A DNA stretch of 64,000 bases from an uncultured bacterium (GCA_963729625.1 CAVSOU010000007.1:608001-672000); one strand, 5' to 3'. Positions 1 through 10,747 are shown, counted from the first letter of the stretch. Numbers and translations: made by a program. The notes: generated from the letters alone by a model not told the origin.

Positions 1-3000
1 TCGTTTTCCTGGTATACGTACTCTCCGCTGCGGGTGAAGTACCCATATGTGCGAGGCACCCTGATCGGTCTGTATCGCGAAGCGCTTGCCGAGGCCGGCG
101 ATCCTGTGGCTGCCTGGGCGTCGATCGTAGAAGACCCCGCCAAGGCTCGTGCGTACAAGTCGCAACGCGGAAAGGGCGGCTTCGTGCGCGCCGACTGGGC
201 TGAGGTAGCCGAGCTGGTGGCGGCCGCGCATGTCTACACCATCAAGCGCTATGGGCCCGACCGCGTTGCCGGCTTCTCGCCCATACCGGCCATGTCCATG
301 GTCTCGTACGCGGCGGGTACACGCTTCTATTCGCTTATCGGTGGGCTGGTAATGAGCTTCTATGACTGGTACGCGGATCTACCTCCTGCCTCACCCCAGA
401 TGTGGGGCGACCAAACCGACGTGCCGGAGTCGGCGGATTGGTGGAACTGCAGCTACCTGATGCTGTGGGGCTCCAACGTGCCCATCACCCGCACGCCCGA
501 CGCCCACTTCATGACCGAAGCCAGGTACAAGGGCCAGAAAGTGATCGTTGTCTCGCCCGACTACGCGGCGCATGTGAAGTTCGCCGACCACTGGCTGGCG
601 GCGCACCCCGGTACGGACGGCGCTCTGGCCATGGCCATGGGGCACGTCATTCTGAAAGAGTTCTTCGTCGACCGCGAGACGCCGTACTTCAATCGGTACG
701 TGCGGAAGTACACCGACCTTCCTTGCCTGGTGATACTCCGTCGTCGCGGTGAAGCCTGGGTCGCCGATCGGTTCCTGCGCGCGTCTGATCTTGGCGAGAC
801 CGGCGAGAATGCCGAATGGAAGACCGTAGTCTGGGATGAGCCGCGGAACGTGCCCGCTGTTCCGAACGGTTCAATTGGCTTTCGTTGGGGCGACGATGGC
901 AAGGGTAAGTGGAACCTCGAGCTGGGGAACGTGGATCCCGTTCTTACGTTCTACGGTCGTCACTCCGAGCTTGTGGCCCTGGACCTGCCGCGGTTCGACC
1001 AGGGCAGGACCGAGGGCGGAGAGGTGCATCGCCGCGGCATCCCCGCCAGGCGCGTCGGGGAACACCTGGTGGCCACGGTCTACGATCTGTTGCTGGCCCA
1101 ATATGGGATCGGACGTCCAGGCCTGCCCGGCGACTGGCCGCGCGGCTATGACGATCCGGAGCCCTACACCCCCGCCTGGCAAGAAGAGATCACGGGCGTC
1201 GACGCTGGGCTCGTCTCCCGGATCGCACGCGAGTTTGCCCGGAACGCCGAGCGAACCAACGGCCGGTCCATGATCATCATGGGCGCCGGAACCAACCACT
1301 GGTACCACTCGGATCAGATCTATCGAGCCATGCTCAGCCTCGTGGCGCTGTGCGGCTGCCAGGGCGTGAACGGCGGTGGCTGGGCCCACTACGTTGGCCA
1401 AGAAAAGGTACGGCCGGTGACCGGGTGGGCGCAGGTCGCCTTCGCCGCCGACTGGTGCCGGCCAACGCGCCACCAGGCGACGACGCCGTTCTGGTATCTC
1501 GCGACAGACCAGTGGCGGTACGAACATTTCGATGCCGCCGAGCTCGCGTCACCTCTGGGGCGCGGCACGTTCGAGGGGATGCACTTCGCGGACTGCAATG
1601 CCCAGGCCGCACGCCTTGGCTGGCTGCCCTCATACCCGACGTTCAATCGGAACCCGCTCGATCTAGCCGACGCGGCCGAAAAGGCCGGCATGAGCGCGCA
1701 AGCGTACGTAGTATCCGAGCTCCAGTCTGGGAGCCTGCGCTTTGCCGCAGAGGATCCCGATGCGCCGGAGAACTTCCCACGAATCCTGACACTCTGGCGC
1801 GGGAATCTGCTCGGCTCATCCAGCAAGGGACATGAGTACTTTCTCAAGCACCTGCTGGGTGTGGAGAACGCCGCGATACGTGGGGAAGAGCAGCCACCGG
1901 AGTCCCGGCCGCGCGATGTGGTGTGGCGCGAGGCGGCTCCAGAAGGGAAGCTCGACCTCCTGACGACGCTCGACTTTCGCATGACTGGATCGTGCCTGTA
2001 TTCCGATGTTGTCCTGCCGGCGGCGACCTGGTACGAGAAGCACGATATATCCTCGACCGATATGCATCCGTTCATCCATTCGTTCAATCCGGCCATCTCT
2101 CCGCCGTGGGAGACGCGCACCGACTGGGACATCTTCAACACGATCGCGGGCGCCTTCTCTCGACTGGCCAGGCATCCGCTCGGCGTGCGCAAGGATCTGA
2201 TCGCGGCGCCGCTTCTGCATGACTCGCCGGACGAGCTCGCACAGCCGCTTGGTCACGTGCCTGATTGGAAGCTCGAGGGTGTCGCGCCCGTTCCCGGGAA
2301 GACCATGCCCAGGCTTGTGGTGGTGGAGCGGGATTACGGCGCGGTGGCGGAAAAGATGAACGCGATCGGACCGCTCGTAGATCAACTGGGATGTGGCGCC
2401 AAAGGAATCACCTGGAACGTCGCCCCGGAGATCGAGTATCTGCGCCTGCGCAACGGAACGATAGCCAACGGAGCCGGCGCCGGTCGCCCCGCACTGGAGC
2501 GGGCCGAGCACGTCTGCGAGGCCATCCTCGCCTTGTCCGGCACCAGCAACGGCCGCATCGCCGTCGCCGGTTTCACGGCCCTGGAAGCCCGCACCGGTAC
2601 CCGGCTCACCGATCTGGCGGAGGATCGCGGACACGAACAGCTGAGCTTTGCCGACGTGCAGATACAGCCGCGCAAGGCCATCACGTCGCCTGAATGGTCC
2701 GGAATCGAGCGCGCGGATCGGCGCTATTCACCCTTCACTGTCAATGTCGAGCGCTCGGTGCCCTGGCGCACCTTGACCGGCCGGCAACAATTCTATGTCG
2801 ATCACGAGTGGATGCTGGAATACGGCGAGGGGTTGCCGGTGTACCGGCCGCCGCTCAACCTGGCTCGACATCTGGGGCCGCTGGGAACCGGCGATGCGGG
2901 CCGGGCCGAGGTCACGGTCCGCTATCTGACACCGCACTCCAAATGGTCGATCCACTCCGAGTACCAGGACAACCTGCACATGCTCACGCTCTTCCGTGGC

Positions 3001-3363
3001 GGTCCGGTCATCTGGATCAGCCCCGTGGATGCCAGCGTGATCGGGGTCGTGGACAACGACTGGATCGAGGCGTTCAACCTGAACGGGGTGGTCAGCTGCC
3101 GGGCCGTGGTCTCCCACCGGATACCGATGGGCACGTCGATCATGTACCACGCTCAGGACCGGCATGTGAACGTGCCGAGAACCGAACTGACCGGTACGAG
3201 AGGCGGCACAGACAACTCGTTGACCAAGATCTACATGAAGCCGACACATATGATCGGCGGCTACGCGCAGCTGGCATATGGCTTCAACTACTATGGTCCA
3301 ACCGGCACGCAGCGCGACGAGATTACGATACTGCGCAAGCGTGTTCAGGAGGTGATCTACTGA
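1..3363 (+). CDS. narG: Respiratory nitrate reductase alpha subunit (5' end outside window)
   Basis: Frame open from base 1 (SFSWYTYSPLRVKYPY); NarG motifs SFYDWYADLP, GWAHYVGQEK, TPHSKWSIHS, GFNYYGPTG; followed by narHJI. Confidence 0.98.
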   Translation, partial: SFSWYTYSPLRVKYPYVRGTLIGLYREALAEAGDPVAAWASIVEDPAKARAYKSQRGKGGFVRADWAEVAELVAAAHVYTIKRYGPDRVAGFSPIPAMSMVSYAAGTRFYSLIGGLVMSFYDWYADLPPASPQMWGDQTDVPESADWWNCSYLMLWGSNVPITRTPDAHFMTEARYKGQKVIVVSPDYAAHVKFADHWLAAHPGTDGALAMAMGHVILKEFFVDRETPYFNRYVRKYTDLPCLVILRRRGEAWVADRFLRASDLGETGENAEWKTVVWDEPRNVPAVPNGSIGFRWGDDGKGKWNLELGNVDPVLTFYGRHSELVALDLPRFDQGRTEGGEVHRRGIPARRVGEHLVATVYDLLLAQYGIGRPGLPGDWPRGYDDPEPYTPAWQEEITGVDAGLVSRIAREFARNAERTNGRSMIIMGAGTNHWYHSDQIYRAMLSLVALCGCQGVNGGGWAHYVGQEKVRPVTGWAQVAFAADWCRPTRHQATTPFWYLATDQWRYEHFDAAELASPLGRGTFEGMHFADCNAQAARLGWLPSYPTFNRNPLDLADAAEKAGMSAQAYVVSELQSGSLRFAAEDPDAPENFPRILTLWRGNLLGSSSKGHEYFLKHLLGVENAAIRGEEQPPESRPRDVVWREAAPEGKLDLLTTLDFRMTGSCLYSDVVLPAATWYEKHDISSTDMHPFIHSFNPAISPPWETRTDWDIFNTIAGAFSRLARHPLGVRKDLIAAPLLHDSPDELAQPLGHVPDWKLEGVAPVPGKTMPRLVVVERDYGAVAEKMNAIGPLVDQLGCGAKGITWNVAPEIEYLRLRNGTIANGAGAGRPALERAEHVCEAILALSGTSNGRIAVAGFTALEARTGTRLTDLAEDRGHEQLSFADVQIQPRKAITSPEWSGIERADRRYSPFTVNVERSVPWRTLTGRQQFYVDHEWMLEYGEGLPVYRPPLNLARHLGPLGTGDAGRAEVTVRYLTPHSKWSIHSEYQDNLHMLTLFRGGPVIWISPVDASVIGVVDNDWIEAFNLNGVVSCRAVVSHRIPMGTSIMYHAQDRHVNVPRTELTGTRGGTDNSLTKIYMKPTHMIGGYAQLAYGFNYYGPTGTQRDEITILRKRVQEVIY

Positions 3364-4976
3364 TGCGCGTCAAAGCCCAGATCGCCATGGTCATGAACCT
3401 GGACAAGTGCATCGGGTGCCATACCTGTAGCGTCACCTGCAAGAATGTGTGGACAAACCGCCCGGGCGCCGAATACATGTGGTTCAACGACGTCGAAACC
3501 AAGCCCGGCATCGGTTATCCCAAACGCTGGGAGGATCAGCAGCGCTGGAAAGGCGGCTGGAAGCTCGGCCGCAACGGCAAGCTGCAGCTGCGGTCCGGCG
3601 GGCGGTTCAAGAAACTGCTCACGATATTTCATAACCCCGACATGCCCGAGCTCGACGACTACTACGAGCCGTGGACCTACGACTACGCCCATCTCACTAC
3701 CGCCGGCCTCTCGAGCCATCAGCCGGTAGCCCAACCAATATCGCAGATCACGGGCAAGCCGGCGCAAGTCGAGTGGGGACCGAACTGGGAGGACGACCTG
3801 GCCGGCGCACCCAGCACCGCGCAACTGGACCCGAATCTGCGCGATGAGCTGGAGGCCAAGGTGCGCATGGAGTACGAGCAGGTCTTCATGATGTACCTTC
3901 CGCGCATCTGTGAACACTGCTTGAATCCAGCTTGCGTCGCCGCTTGCCCGTCCGGCGCCATGTACAAGCGCGACGAGGACGGCATCGTGCTGGTGGACCA
4001 GCAGCAATGCCGCGGCTGGCGCATGTGCGTGTCCAACTGTCCCTACAAGAAAGTGTATTTCAACTGGCAGACCGGGAAGGCCGAGAAATGCACGCTCTGT
4101 TATCCGCGGCTTGAGGCAGGCCTGCCCACCATCTGCTCCGAGACCTGCGTGGGCCGCATTCGCTACGTCGGGCTACTGCTCTACGACGCCGACCGGGTGC
4201 GTGCCGCCGCATCGGTCGCCGATGATAAGCACCTGCTGCAGTCCCAGCTCGACGTGTTCCTGGATCCTGAGGATTCACAGGTGCAGGCGCAAGCGCGAGC
4301 CGCCGGCATGCCGGAGGACTGGCTGGACGCGGCACGGCGCTCCCCCGTCTATGCGCTTGCCTGCCGGCACAAGATTGCGCTGCCGCTCCATCCTGAATAC
4401 CGCACGATGCCTATGGTCTGGTATGTGCCGCCACTGTCCCCCGTGATGAGCCTGGTCGAAGGGCGAGGCAGCAGCGCGGACGCGGATGATGTGTTTCCCG
4501 CCGTCGACACCTTGCGCATTCCCGTGCAATACCTGGCAAATCTATTGAGCGCGGGAGACGAGCAGGTCATTCGCCGTGTCTTGAAGCAGCTGGCGGCGAT
4601 GCGTCGCTTCATGCGCGAGCGCCAGCTTGGGGGAGACGTGGACGAGTCGATCGCATCGGGCGTCGGCATGTCGGCACAATCCATGGATGCGATGTACCGG
4701 CTTCTGGCTCTCGCGAGGTATGAGGACCGGTTCGTCATTCCGATAGCGCATGCCGAGCTGGCACAGGACTTGGCCGGCCGGCAGGGGACATGCGGTCTGA
4801 ACTTCCCCGGCGGGCCAGGAGCATGCGGCGGAGACTCCGAGCCCGGGAGGCGTTTTGACGGTGCGGCCTTCCACATGCAGCGCGAGAGCACCGCCGCCAC
4901 GGGGGCGAGACAGCCGGCAGCACGAGCGCGCCGCCTGCCGATGTTCGATGCCGGCACGCCGCGATGCATGTCATGA
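3363..4976 (+). CDS. narH: Nitrate reductase beta (Fe-S) subunit
   Basis: ATG overlaps narG stop (TGATG); MRVKAQIAMVMNLDKCIGCHTCSVTCK, CEHCLNPACVAACP, CRGWRMCVSNCPY. Confidence 0.98.
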   Translation: MRVKAQIAMVMNLDKCIGCHTCSVTCKNVWTNRPGAEYMWFNDVETKPGIGYPKRWEDQQRWKGGWKLGRNGKLQLRSGGRFKKLLTIFHNPDMPELDDYYEPWTYDYAHLTTAGLSSHQPVAQPISQITGKPAQVEWGPNWEDDLAGAPSTAQLDPNLRDELEAKVRMEYEQVFMMYLPRICEHCLNPACVAACPSGAMYKRDEDGIVLVDQQQCRGWRMCVSNCPYKKVYFNWQTGKAEKCTLCYPRLEAGLPTICSETCVGRIRYVGLLLYDADRVRAAASVADDKHLLQSQLDVFLDPEDSQVQAQARAAGMPEDWLDAARRSPVYALACRHKIALPLHPEYRTMPMVWYVPPLSPVMSLVEGRGSSADADDVFPAVDTLRIPVQYLANLLSAGDEQVIRRVLKQLAAMRRFMRERQLGGDVDESIASGVGMSAQSMDAMYRLLALARYEDRFVIPIAHAELAQDLAGRQGTCGLNFPGGPGACGGDSEPGRRFDGAAFHMQRESTAATGARQPAARARRLPMFDAGTPRCMS

Positions 4977-5671
4977 AGAAGCTCGCCGGCATCGGACCGG
5001 GCACGGAAGAGCACGCGCCTGAGTCGCCAGGCGCGGACGGCGCGGACACGCGGACTGCGAGCGTCAAATTGCTTTCGGTACTGCTCCAGTATCCCACGGC
5101 GGAGCTGGCCGCGCACTCCGATGAGGTCGCCTTCCTGGTCGAAGCCATGGACTCGGGCGCCCGGGAGCCGCTCGCCGAGTTTCTCGAGCAGTGGCGACGC
5201 CGCGATCTCCTCTGGCTGCAACAGGAGTACGTGCGCTCCTTTGACTTCAGAAAGCGGGTTAGCCTGAACCTCACGTACTATCAATATGGAGGCAAACGGC
5301 AGCGCGGACTCGCGCTCGTGCGCTTGAAACACGCCTACGCAGCGGCAGGGCTGCCGCTACGAGATGGCGAGATTCCTGACTCACTTCCAGTACTGCTGGA
5401 GTTCGCAGCGCTCGCGCCGGATGGCTGGGGCCTTCGACTCCTGGTCGAATTCCGCGCCGCGATCGAAATGGTAGCGCTCGCCGTCGACGGCGACTCGCCC
5501 TATGCGGGAGTCATGCGTGCCGTCCGCGCACTGTTGCCGGCGCTCACGCCCGACGATCGGGCCGCGATGCAATCCCTTGCCGCCGGCGGCCCGCCTACCG
5601 AGCTCGTAGGATTGGAGCCACACGCCCCACCTGAGGCGGTGCGGGAGCCGGCACAAGGTTGTGCCCGATGA
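4973..5671 (+). CDS. narJ: Nitrate reductase molybdenum cofactor assembly chaperone
   Basis: ATGA overlap with narH stop; LLQYP, YVRSFDF, EIPDSLPVLLEFAA motifs; operon position. Confidence 0.93.
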   Translation: MKKLAGIGPGTEEHAPESPGADGADTRTASVKLLSVLLQYPTAELAAHSDEVAFLVEAMDSGAREPLAEFLEQWRRRDLLWLQQEYVRSFDFRKRVSLNLTYYQYGGKRQRGLALVRLKHAYAAAGLPLRDGEIPDSLPVLLEFAALAPDGWGLRLLVEFRAAIEMVALAVDGDSPYAGVMRAVRALLPALTPDDRAAMQSLAAGGPPTELVGLEPHAPPEAVREPAQGCAR

Positions 5672-6387
5672 GCGCTGCCGCGCTCTTTTTGTGGGTGTTC
5701 GTACCCTACGCGAGCATGGCCGTGTGCGTGGTCGGGCATATCTGGCGCTATAGCCGGGATCAGTTCACGTGGACCTCGCGATCGACCCAATTGTTCGAGC
5801 GCACGCTGCTGAAATGGGGGAGCAATCTCTTTCACTTCGGCGCGCTGGCGGCGATCGGCGGCCACGTGCTCGGTTTGCTGGTACCGGAAACGTTGACCGC
5901 GGACCTTGGGGTCAGCGAAGACCACTATCACTTTATCTCCGTCAGCGCAGGCAGCGCCGCCGGCGTTGCCTGCGTCGCCGGGTTGCTCATCCTGGCCTAC
6001 AGACGGGTGACCAATGCCCGAGTCAGGGCGACGACCACCAGGACCGACGTTGCCGTGTACGTACTGGTGCTGCTGATGATCGGCCTGGGGATGGGCGAAA
6101 CGGTTGGTGTCAACCTGCTGGGCTCCGGCTATGACTATCGCGCAACGGTGGGACTCTGGTTCAGGGGCCTCTTCACCTTCGATCCGCACGCGGACCTGAT
6201 GGCCTCCGCCCCGCTCCTGTATAAGCTACATGCGCTGGGCGCATGGCTGCTCGTGGCGATCTGGCCGTTCAGTCGGCTCGTACACGCCTGGAGCATCCCA
6301 TTCACCTATCTTGCTCGCGCGCAGATTCTCTATCGATCGCGCGGCAAGGCGTCTCGGCACAGGCAGCCATGGCAGATCACGCGGTGA
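5668..6387 (+). CDS. narI: Nitrate reductase gamma subunit (cytochrome b)
   Basis: ATGA overlap with narJ; five hydrophobic segments; WTSRSTQL, FHFG...GH, WPFSRLVHAWS. Confidence 0.96.
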   Translation: MSAAALFLWVFVPYASMAVCVVGHIWRYSRDQFTWTSRSTQLFERTLLKWGSNLFHFGALAAIGGHVLGLLVPETLTADLGVSEDHYHFISVSAGSAAGVACVAGLLILAYRRVTNARVRATTTRTDVAVYVLVLLMIGLGMGETVGVNLLGSGYDYRATVGLWFRGLFTFDPHADLMASAPLLYKLHALGAWLLVAIWPFSRLVHAWSIPFTYLARAQILYRSRGKASRHRQPWQITR

Positions 6388-6593
6388 ACTCGGAGCGGCT
6401 AGCCATGGCCCCCGAACGCCCATCCTAAGAAAGATACCCTGCTCAGCCCACGTTTGTAGCAGCGGGACAATCGTGCGCTGATCCCACGTGACAAGAGTCC
6501 AACGCGCCTTGAGAAGTATCTTGTCCCGGGCCTAATCGGAGTTTAGTGGCCAAAGATCAGCAGCGCTCTTGAGCAGGTCGCTACGCGGCCTCT

Positions 6594-7043
6594 CTAGGGG
6601 TTTGGAGGCTTTGCTGAAGGGGGGAAGGTATCCATAATAACTTTGGCGAGTTCTTCGGCCACCTGGTCATTAAAGGCTTCGTAGCCCCTGACCAAAGCGT
6701 GCGAGGGGTCATCTGGTTCAACATCATGAACGATACTGACGGGGGTGTACGTGGCAGCGGCGGCTTTCGCCGCACCAACGTTCAACAGCGCAAACTTGGA
6801 CTCACCGCCTATTCTGCGGCCGCGCGGCGGTGGCTTGGCTTCAAGTATGGCGACCAGCGGACCGATGGCTTCCTGAGGTGTTGCCGTTTGGAAGTGCTCG
6901 ACCCAGTTTACCGATAGCCCGTGCTCCCATTGGCCGCTTTCGTCTCGCCTGAGGCGGAAGGAAGCTGGATCTATGAAATCACCTTGCATCCAACTTTTCT
7001 TAATGTGACGGAAGAAGTGGTGAGACAGGTCAAGGTCGGGCAT
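6594..7043 (-). CDS. Putative ADP-ribosyltransferase-fold toxin (149 aa)
   Basis: ATG at 7043 lies 1 nt after the upstream stop; FFRHI...ASFRL...GLSV...SHALV matches the R...S...H pattern of small CmdT/Tse2-like ART proteins; function inferred. Confidence 0.55.
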   Translation of the reverse strand: MPDLDLSHHFFRHIKKSWMQGDFIDPASFRLRRDESGQWEHGLSVNWVEHFQTATPQEAIGPLVAILEAKPPPRGRRIGGESKFALLNVGAAKAAAATYTPVSIVHDVEPDDPSHALVRGYEAFNDQVAEELAKVIMDTFPPSAKPPNP

Positions 7044-7044
7044 G

Positions 7045-7698
7045 CTATGCAAACAAAGCGCCAAGTGCAATGGCGGTTGAGACCACATACTGAGGAGTAT
7101 CGCTACTGAAGTGTCGGGACGTTTCACCATCCCTGGGTACCTCGGCAACCAGCTTGACGAGGGGATGTCCCGTGAACTCAATAGCGACAAAGCTGCCAGG
7201 CCCCTGAATCCATCGAGCCCGTAGTGTGCTGTCCGGGGTGAGAGTGATTTTGGGCATGCCCTGCTCAGGATAATCGAGAAAGAAGCGCCTGAACTGCTGT
7301 AGAGAAGCGGCCGAGATGCTTTCATCTTCTGCGAGAGCGTCTCGATAGAGTTGGATTAGCCGCTCAGCGATTTGCCGATCACGTGGCACATTGACGCTGA
7401 GGTGGAGTGCCAGGATCGTCTCATAGACCAACTCGGCGCTGGAAGGCTCATCACGGATGACTGGGGACAGCAGGTAAACTGTGCGTCGGGGCGTAATGGA
7501 TGGCTCCTCGTGAAAATGTGGAGACCCCAAATAGAGACGCGGTGAGGCTGCTTTCGCGAAGGCGATATGCCGTACCACAGCGCGCTGTATGTCGCTTCCT
7601 TCAGATTCGAGTAGTTCTTCAGGAAGTGCTGTCCCGGTGAAGCTGTCTCTGGCGAATGGCCTTTGGAAAGGCTTGACGAAAGTAGTAGGAGCGGTCAT
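7045..7698 (-). CDS. Hypothetical protein, putative antitoxin of three-gene cassette
   Basis: ATGA overlap with upstream gene; C-terminal ISAASLQQFRRFF...PKITLTPDSTLRARW...VAIEF domain; Pro/aromatic-rich N-terminal part. Confidence 0.6.
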   Translation of the reverse strand: MTAPTTFVKPFQRPFARDSFTGTALPEELLESEGSDIQRAVVRHIAFAKAASPRLYLGSPHFHEEPSITPRRTVYLLSPVIRDEPSSAELVYETILALHLSVNVPRDRQIAERLIQLYRDALAEDESISAASLQQFRRFFLDYPEQGMPKITLTPDSTLRARWIQGPGSFVAIEFTGHPLVKLVAEVPRDGETSRHFSSDTPQYVVSTAIALGALFA

Positions 7699-8525
7699 CG
7701 CGGCTTCCATATTTCTTGCTGCACATGTTTGTCTGCTGCGTCAAGGAACAGCTGGTAGATAGCATCGTGGGCTGACTCATACCAAGCACGCGCTGCCTCC
7801 AGAGAGAGATCGCTTGGAGCGCCGTGCGCTTTCAATTCCAGGACAGCAATCGCCTCCTGTGTATCTACCCGCTTGCCGGTTCGGGTGGAGAGATCAATTA
7901 CGAGGGTCGGATTCAGCCGATAGGTGGCGGTTGCATTTAGTCCTACCAGGGTTCTGCCATCTGTCTGAGCCCCGTACAGGCTTGTTACGAGCGGCAATAC
8001 GCTACCGAGCCTGTCCAGCGTTGTGAAACCTTGGGCGGAGCCTATGAGATTCACGTAGGTCACCTCACAGCGCTGGATAAGGTCAAGCTTCCCCAAGCCC
8101 GACCCTTCAAGGAAGCTCTTGTACTCGTCAAGCTCCTTCCAGAAATCTTCCACCACCCTCTCGTAGTGGGGGTAGTCTCCCGGACCGTCAGTTAGGCTGC
8201 GCCGCCAATTGAGCATGAATGCGTTGCGCTGTACCTGGATTAGCGTCTGGTGAAGTTCGCTGAAAAACCAGAAGCGAGGCAGAGGGAAGACATCGCCGGG
8301 AGCCTCAATCATTGCCGTAGGCTGTTGCTGGTCATCAGGAGCGACAATCGGAATTTGCTGGGTGCAGCTTGGGTATCTGTCGCGGATGCGGTTCCAATAG
8401 AGGCCGATGTGCTGGGCCCTTAGCTCCAGTATCGGAAGATGATGCAGAGCAATCACCAGTTCGTTGATCGGGGGGTTCTCGAACTTAATGCGCGCTTTGC
8501 TTGCTTTCGGCGATGGTGTCCCCAT
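7695..8525 (-). CDS. TIGR04255-family protein
   Basis: N-terminal FENPPINELV motif, PRFWFFS...LIQVQRNAFMLNWR, YPHYE, EVTYVNLI, AHDAIYQLF; GGAGG RBS upstream. Confidence 0.8.
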   Translation of the reverse strand: MGTPSPKASKARIKFENPPINELVIALHHLPILELRAQHIGLYWNRIRDRYPSCTQQIPIVAPDDQQQPTAMIEAPGDVFPLPRFWFFSELHQTLIQVQRNAFMLNWRRSLTDGPGDYPHYERVVEDFWKELDEYKSFLEGSGLGKLDLIQRCEVTYVNLIGSAQGFTTLDRLGSVLPLVTSLYGAQTDGRTLVGLNATATYRLNPTLVIDLSTRTGKRVDTQEAIAVLELKAHGAPSDLSLEAARAWYESAHDAIYQLFLDAADKHVQQEIWKPR

Positions 8526-8682
8526 TCAGCCTCCTAGTGGTTTCCTAAGGAATATCATAAATGTATCCAAACTTCTACCCCACGTTCATTATGTTCTCAT
8601 TAAGTATCGATGCACCTCTTGGCTAGGAGCGCGTTCAGAAAAGAGCTTGCCGCCTAATGGCACCGCCTATGCGACTGCCTGA

Positions 8683-9107
8683 GTTTCGACCACGGTGGTC
8701 GACCTCGGTGCCGGCATCGGATGGTTCTCGCTTGCGGCCGCGCGGCGGTTTGGGCAGGTTACCGCCGGGGACATCTCGCCGGCCATGATCGAGCGCCTTC
8801 GTGCACGCGCAGACGAAGCGGGCCTGGCGAACCTCCGCTCCGTGCAGCCGGTCTCCTCACCTATGTACACACCGACCCGCCGGCTGCGGGCGTCTACACG
8901 CGGAACGTGCTGCACCATCTGCCCGACTTCTGGAAGGCCATGGCGCTCTCGCGGATCGCCCGCATGCTGCAGCCAGGCGGCATCCTGCGCCTTAAGGATC
9001 TGATCTATGACTTCGAGCCGTCACAGGCCGAGGCCGTCTTCGGCCTGTGGCTCGACGGTGCCGCCCAGGACCCGGCAAGCCTGAATACGCGACCGCGTCG
9101 ATTCTAG
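8683..9107 (+). pseudogene. Class I SAM-dependent methyltransferase remnant
   Basis: VVDLGAGIG motif I and DISPAM; frameshift near 8847 into TRNVLHHLPDFWK...LQPGGILRLKD; in-frame stop just upstream and no proper start; 3' end runs into the hcp stop. Confidence 0.8.
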
Positions 9108-10747
9108 CCCAGGATGGTTGCCAGGTCCGCGGCGGCAGTAGTGATGGGCTTGATCGCGTAGGCATCAACCAGGACCTGCAGCACGGCCGGAGTGACGAAG
9201 GCGGGCAGCTTGGGACCGACTCGGATGTTCTTGATGCCGAGTGAGAGCAACGAGAGCAAGATCGCGACGGCCTTCTGTTCATACCAGGACAGCACCAGCG
9301 AGAGCGGCAGCTCGTTCACGGAGCAGTTGAAGGCGCCGGCCAGGGCCACGGCGATCTGTACGGCTGAATATGCATCGTTGCACTGGCCCACATCGAGCAG
9401 ACGGGGTAGGCCCGCGACGGTGCCGAAGTCGTGCTTGTTGAAGCGATACTTGCCGCAGGCGAGGGTCAGCAGCATGGTGTCGGAGGGCAGCAGCTCGGCC
9501 AGCTCGGTGTAGTAGTTGCGGCCGGACTCCGCGCCGTCGCAGCCGCCGATCAGGAAGAAGTGGCGGATGGCGCCGCTCTTCACCGCGTCCACCACCTGAC
9601 CGGCCACGCCAAGCACCGCCTCGTGGCCAAAGCCAACCAGGATCGTCCGCGCCGGCTCGTCGGCGACAAAGCCGGGCGCGGCCAGCGCAGCCTCGATCAG
9701 CGGTGCGAACTGGCGATCGCCGATGTGGCGCACCGAGGGCCAGGCGACCAGGCCGGAGGTGAAGATTCGGTGCAGATACGTTGGTCTGGGCTCCTGGATG
9801 CAGTTGGTGGTTACCAGGATGGCACCCGGGAAAGCCTCGAACTCGCGTGCCTGATCCTGCCAGGCACCTCCATAATTGCCCACCAGGTGCGGGTAGGCGT
9901 GCAGCGCGGGATAGCCATGAGCCGGAAGCATCTCGCCGTGCGTATAGACGTTGATGCCTGTACCCACAGTCTGCTTGAGGACGTCTTCCAGATCCCTCAG
10001 ATCGTGCCCGGAGACCAGAATTGCCTTTCCGGTCACCGGCGTGACACGCACCGGCGTGGGCGTTGGGTGACCAAAGGCGCCGGTGTTCGCGGCGTCGAGC
10101 AAAGCCATTACCTTCAAGTTCAGCTCGCCAACCGCCAGGCAGCGGCGAGTCAGCTCCGCGACAGTCGGCTCGGGACGGGTCAGGTAGTCGAGGTGTTCGT
10201 GGAAGGCGGCGTAGATCTCGTCATCCTCACGTCCCAGTACGCGGGCATGCTCCGCGTAGGCAGCCGTCCCCTTCAGGCCATAGGTCAGCAGCTCTTGCAG
10301 GCCGGTGATGTCCGGGCCGTGCGCTGCCAGACGGGCGAGCAGGGTGACGGCGCGGCCTTGATCCACAAGCTCGGCCAGGCCGGCGGCCGGTCGCCAGGAC
10401 GCCGCACCGGCCAGGATCTCTGCAGGCATGGCCGCCTGTTCGCAGGCACGCTGGTAGAGGGCCCGCGCGCGCGCCTGCATCGCGGCCGCGCGGTCCAGCC
10501 ATTCTGCCATGCGCTCCGGATCAAAGTCCACGTTGGTCATGGTGGTGAACAGCGCTTCGACGATGAAGACATTCACCTCGCGATCCACCGCGCCCAGCCG
10601 CTGCGCCCGATGCGCGTACATGGCCACGCCCTTGCAAGCATGGACGAGCAGGTCTTGCAGGGCGGCTATTTCGGGCGTCTTGCCACATACGCCCAGCACA
10701 TCGCAACCCTTGCCTCTGGCTGTCTGCTCGCATTGATAACAGAACAT
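9104..10747 (-). CDS. hcp: Hybrid cluster protein (hydroxylamine/NO reductase), class I
   Basis: MFCYQCEQT with C-x2-C-x8-C-x5-C; [39 protein letters not shown]; AAGGAG RBS. Confidence 0.98.
   Translation of the reverse strand: MFCYQCEQTARGKGCDVLGVCGKTPEIAALQDLLVHACKGVAMYAHRAQRLGAVDREVNVFIVEALFTTMTNVDFDPERMAEWLDRAAAMQARARALYQRACEQAAMPAEILAGAASWRPAAGLAELVDQGRAVTLLARLAAHGPDITGLQELLTYGLKGTAAYAEHARVLGREDDEIYAAFHEHLDYLTRPEPTVAELTRRCLAVGELNLKVMALLDAANTGAFGHPTPTPVRVTPVTGKAILVSGHDLRDLEDVLKQTVGTGINVYTHGEMLPAHGYPALHAYPHLVGNYGGAWQDQAREFEAFPGAILVTTNCIQEPRPTYLHRIFTSGLVAWPSVRHIGDRQFAPLIEAALAAPGFVADEPARTILVGFGHEAVLGVAGQVVDAVKSGAIRHFFLIGGCDGAESGRNYYTELAELLPSDTMLLTLACGKYRFNKHDFGTVAGLPRLLDVGQCNDAYSAVQIAVALAGAFNCSVNELPLSLVLSWYEQKAVAILLSLLSLGIKNIRVGPKLPAFVTPAVLQVLVDAYAIKPITTAAADLATILG

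Noticed and set aside
2694-3362. N-terminal extension of the 760-aa ORF overlapping narG
   Set aside because: NarH homology begins at the ATG at 3363, coupled to the narG stop; the extension is an off-frame GC-rich artefact
7044-7325. Longer start for the ART-like ORF (243 aa)
   Set aside because: Overlaps the upstream gene; the ATG at 7043 right after its stop is more plausible
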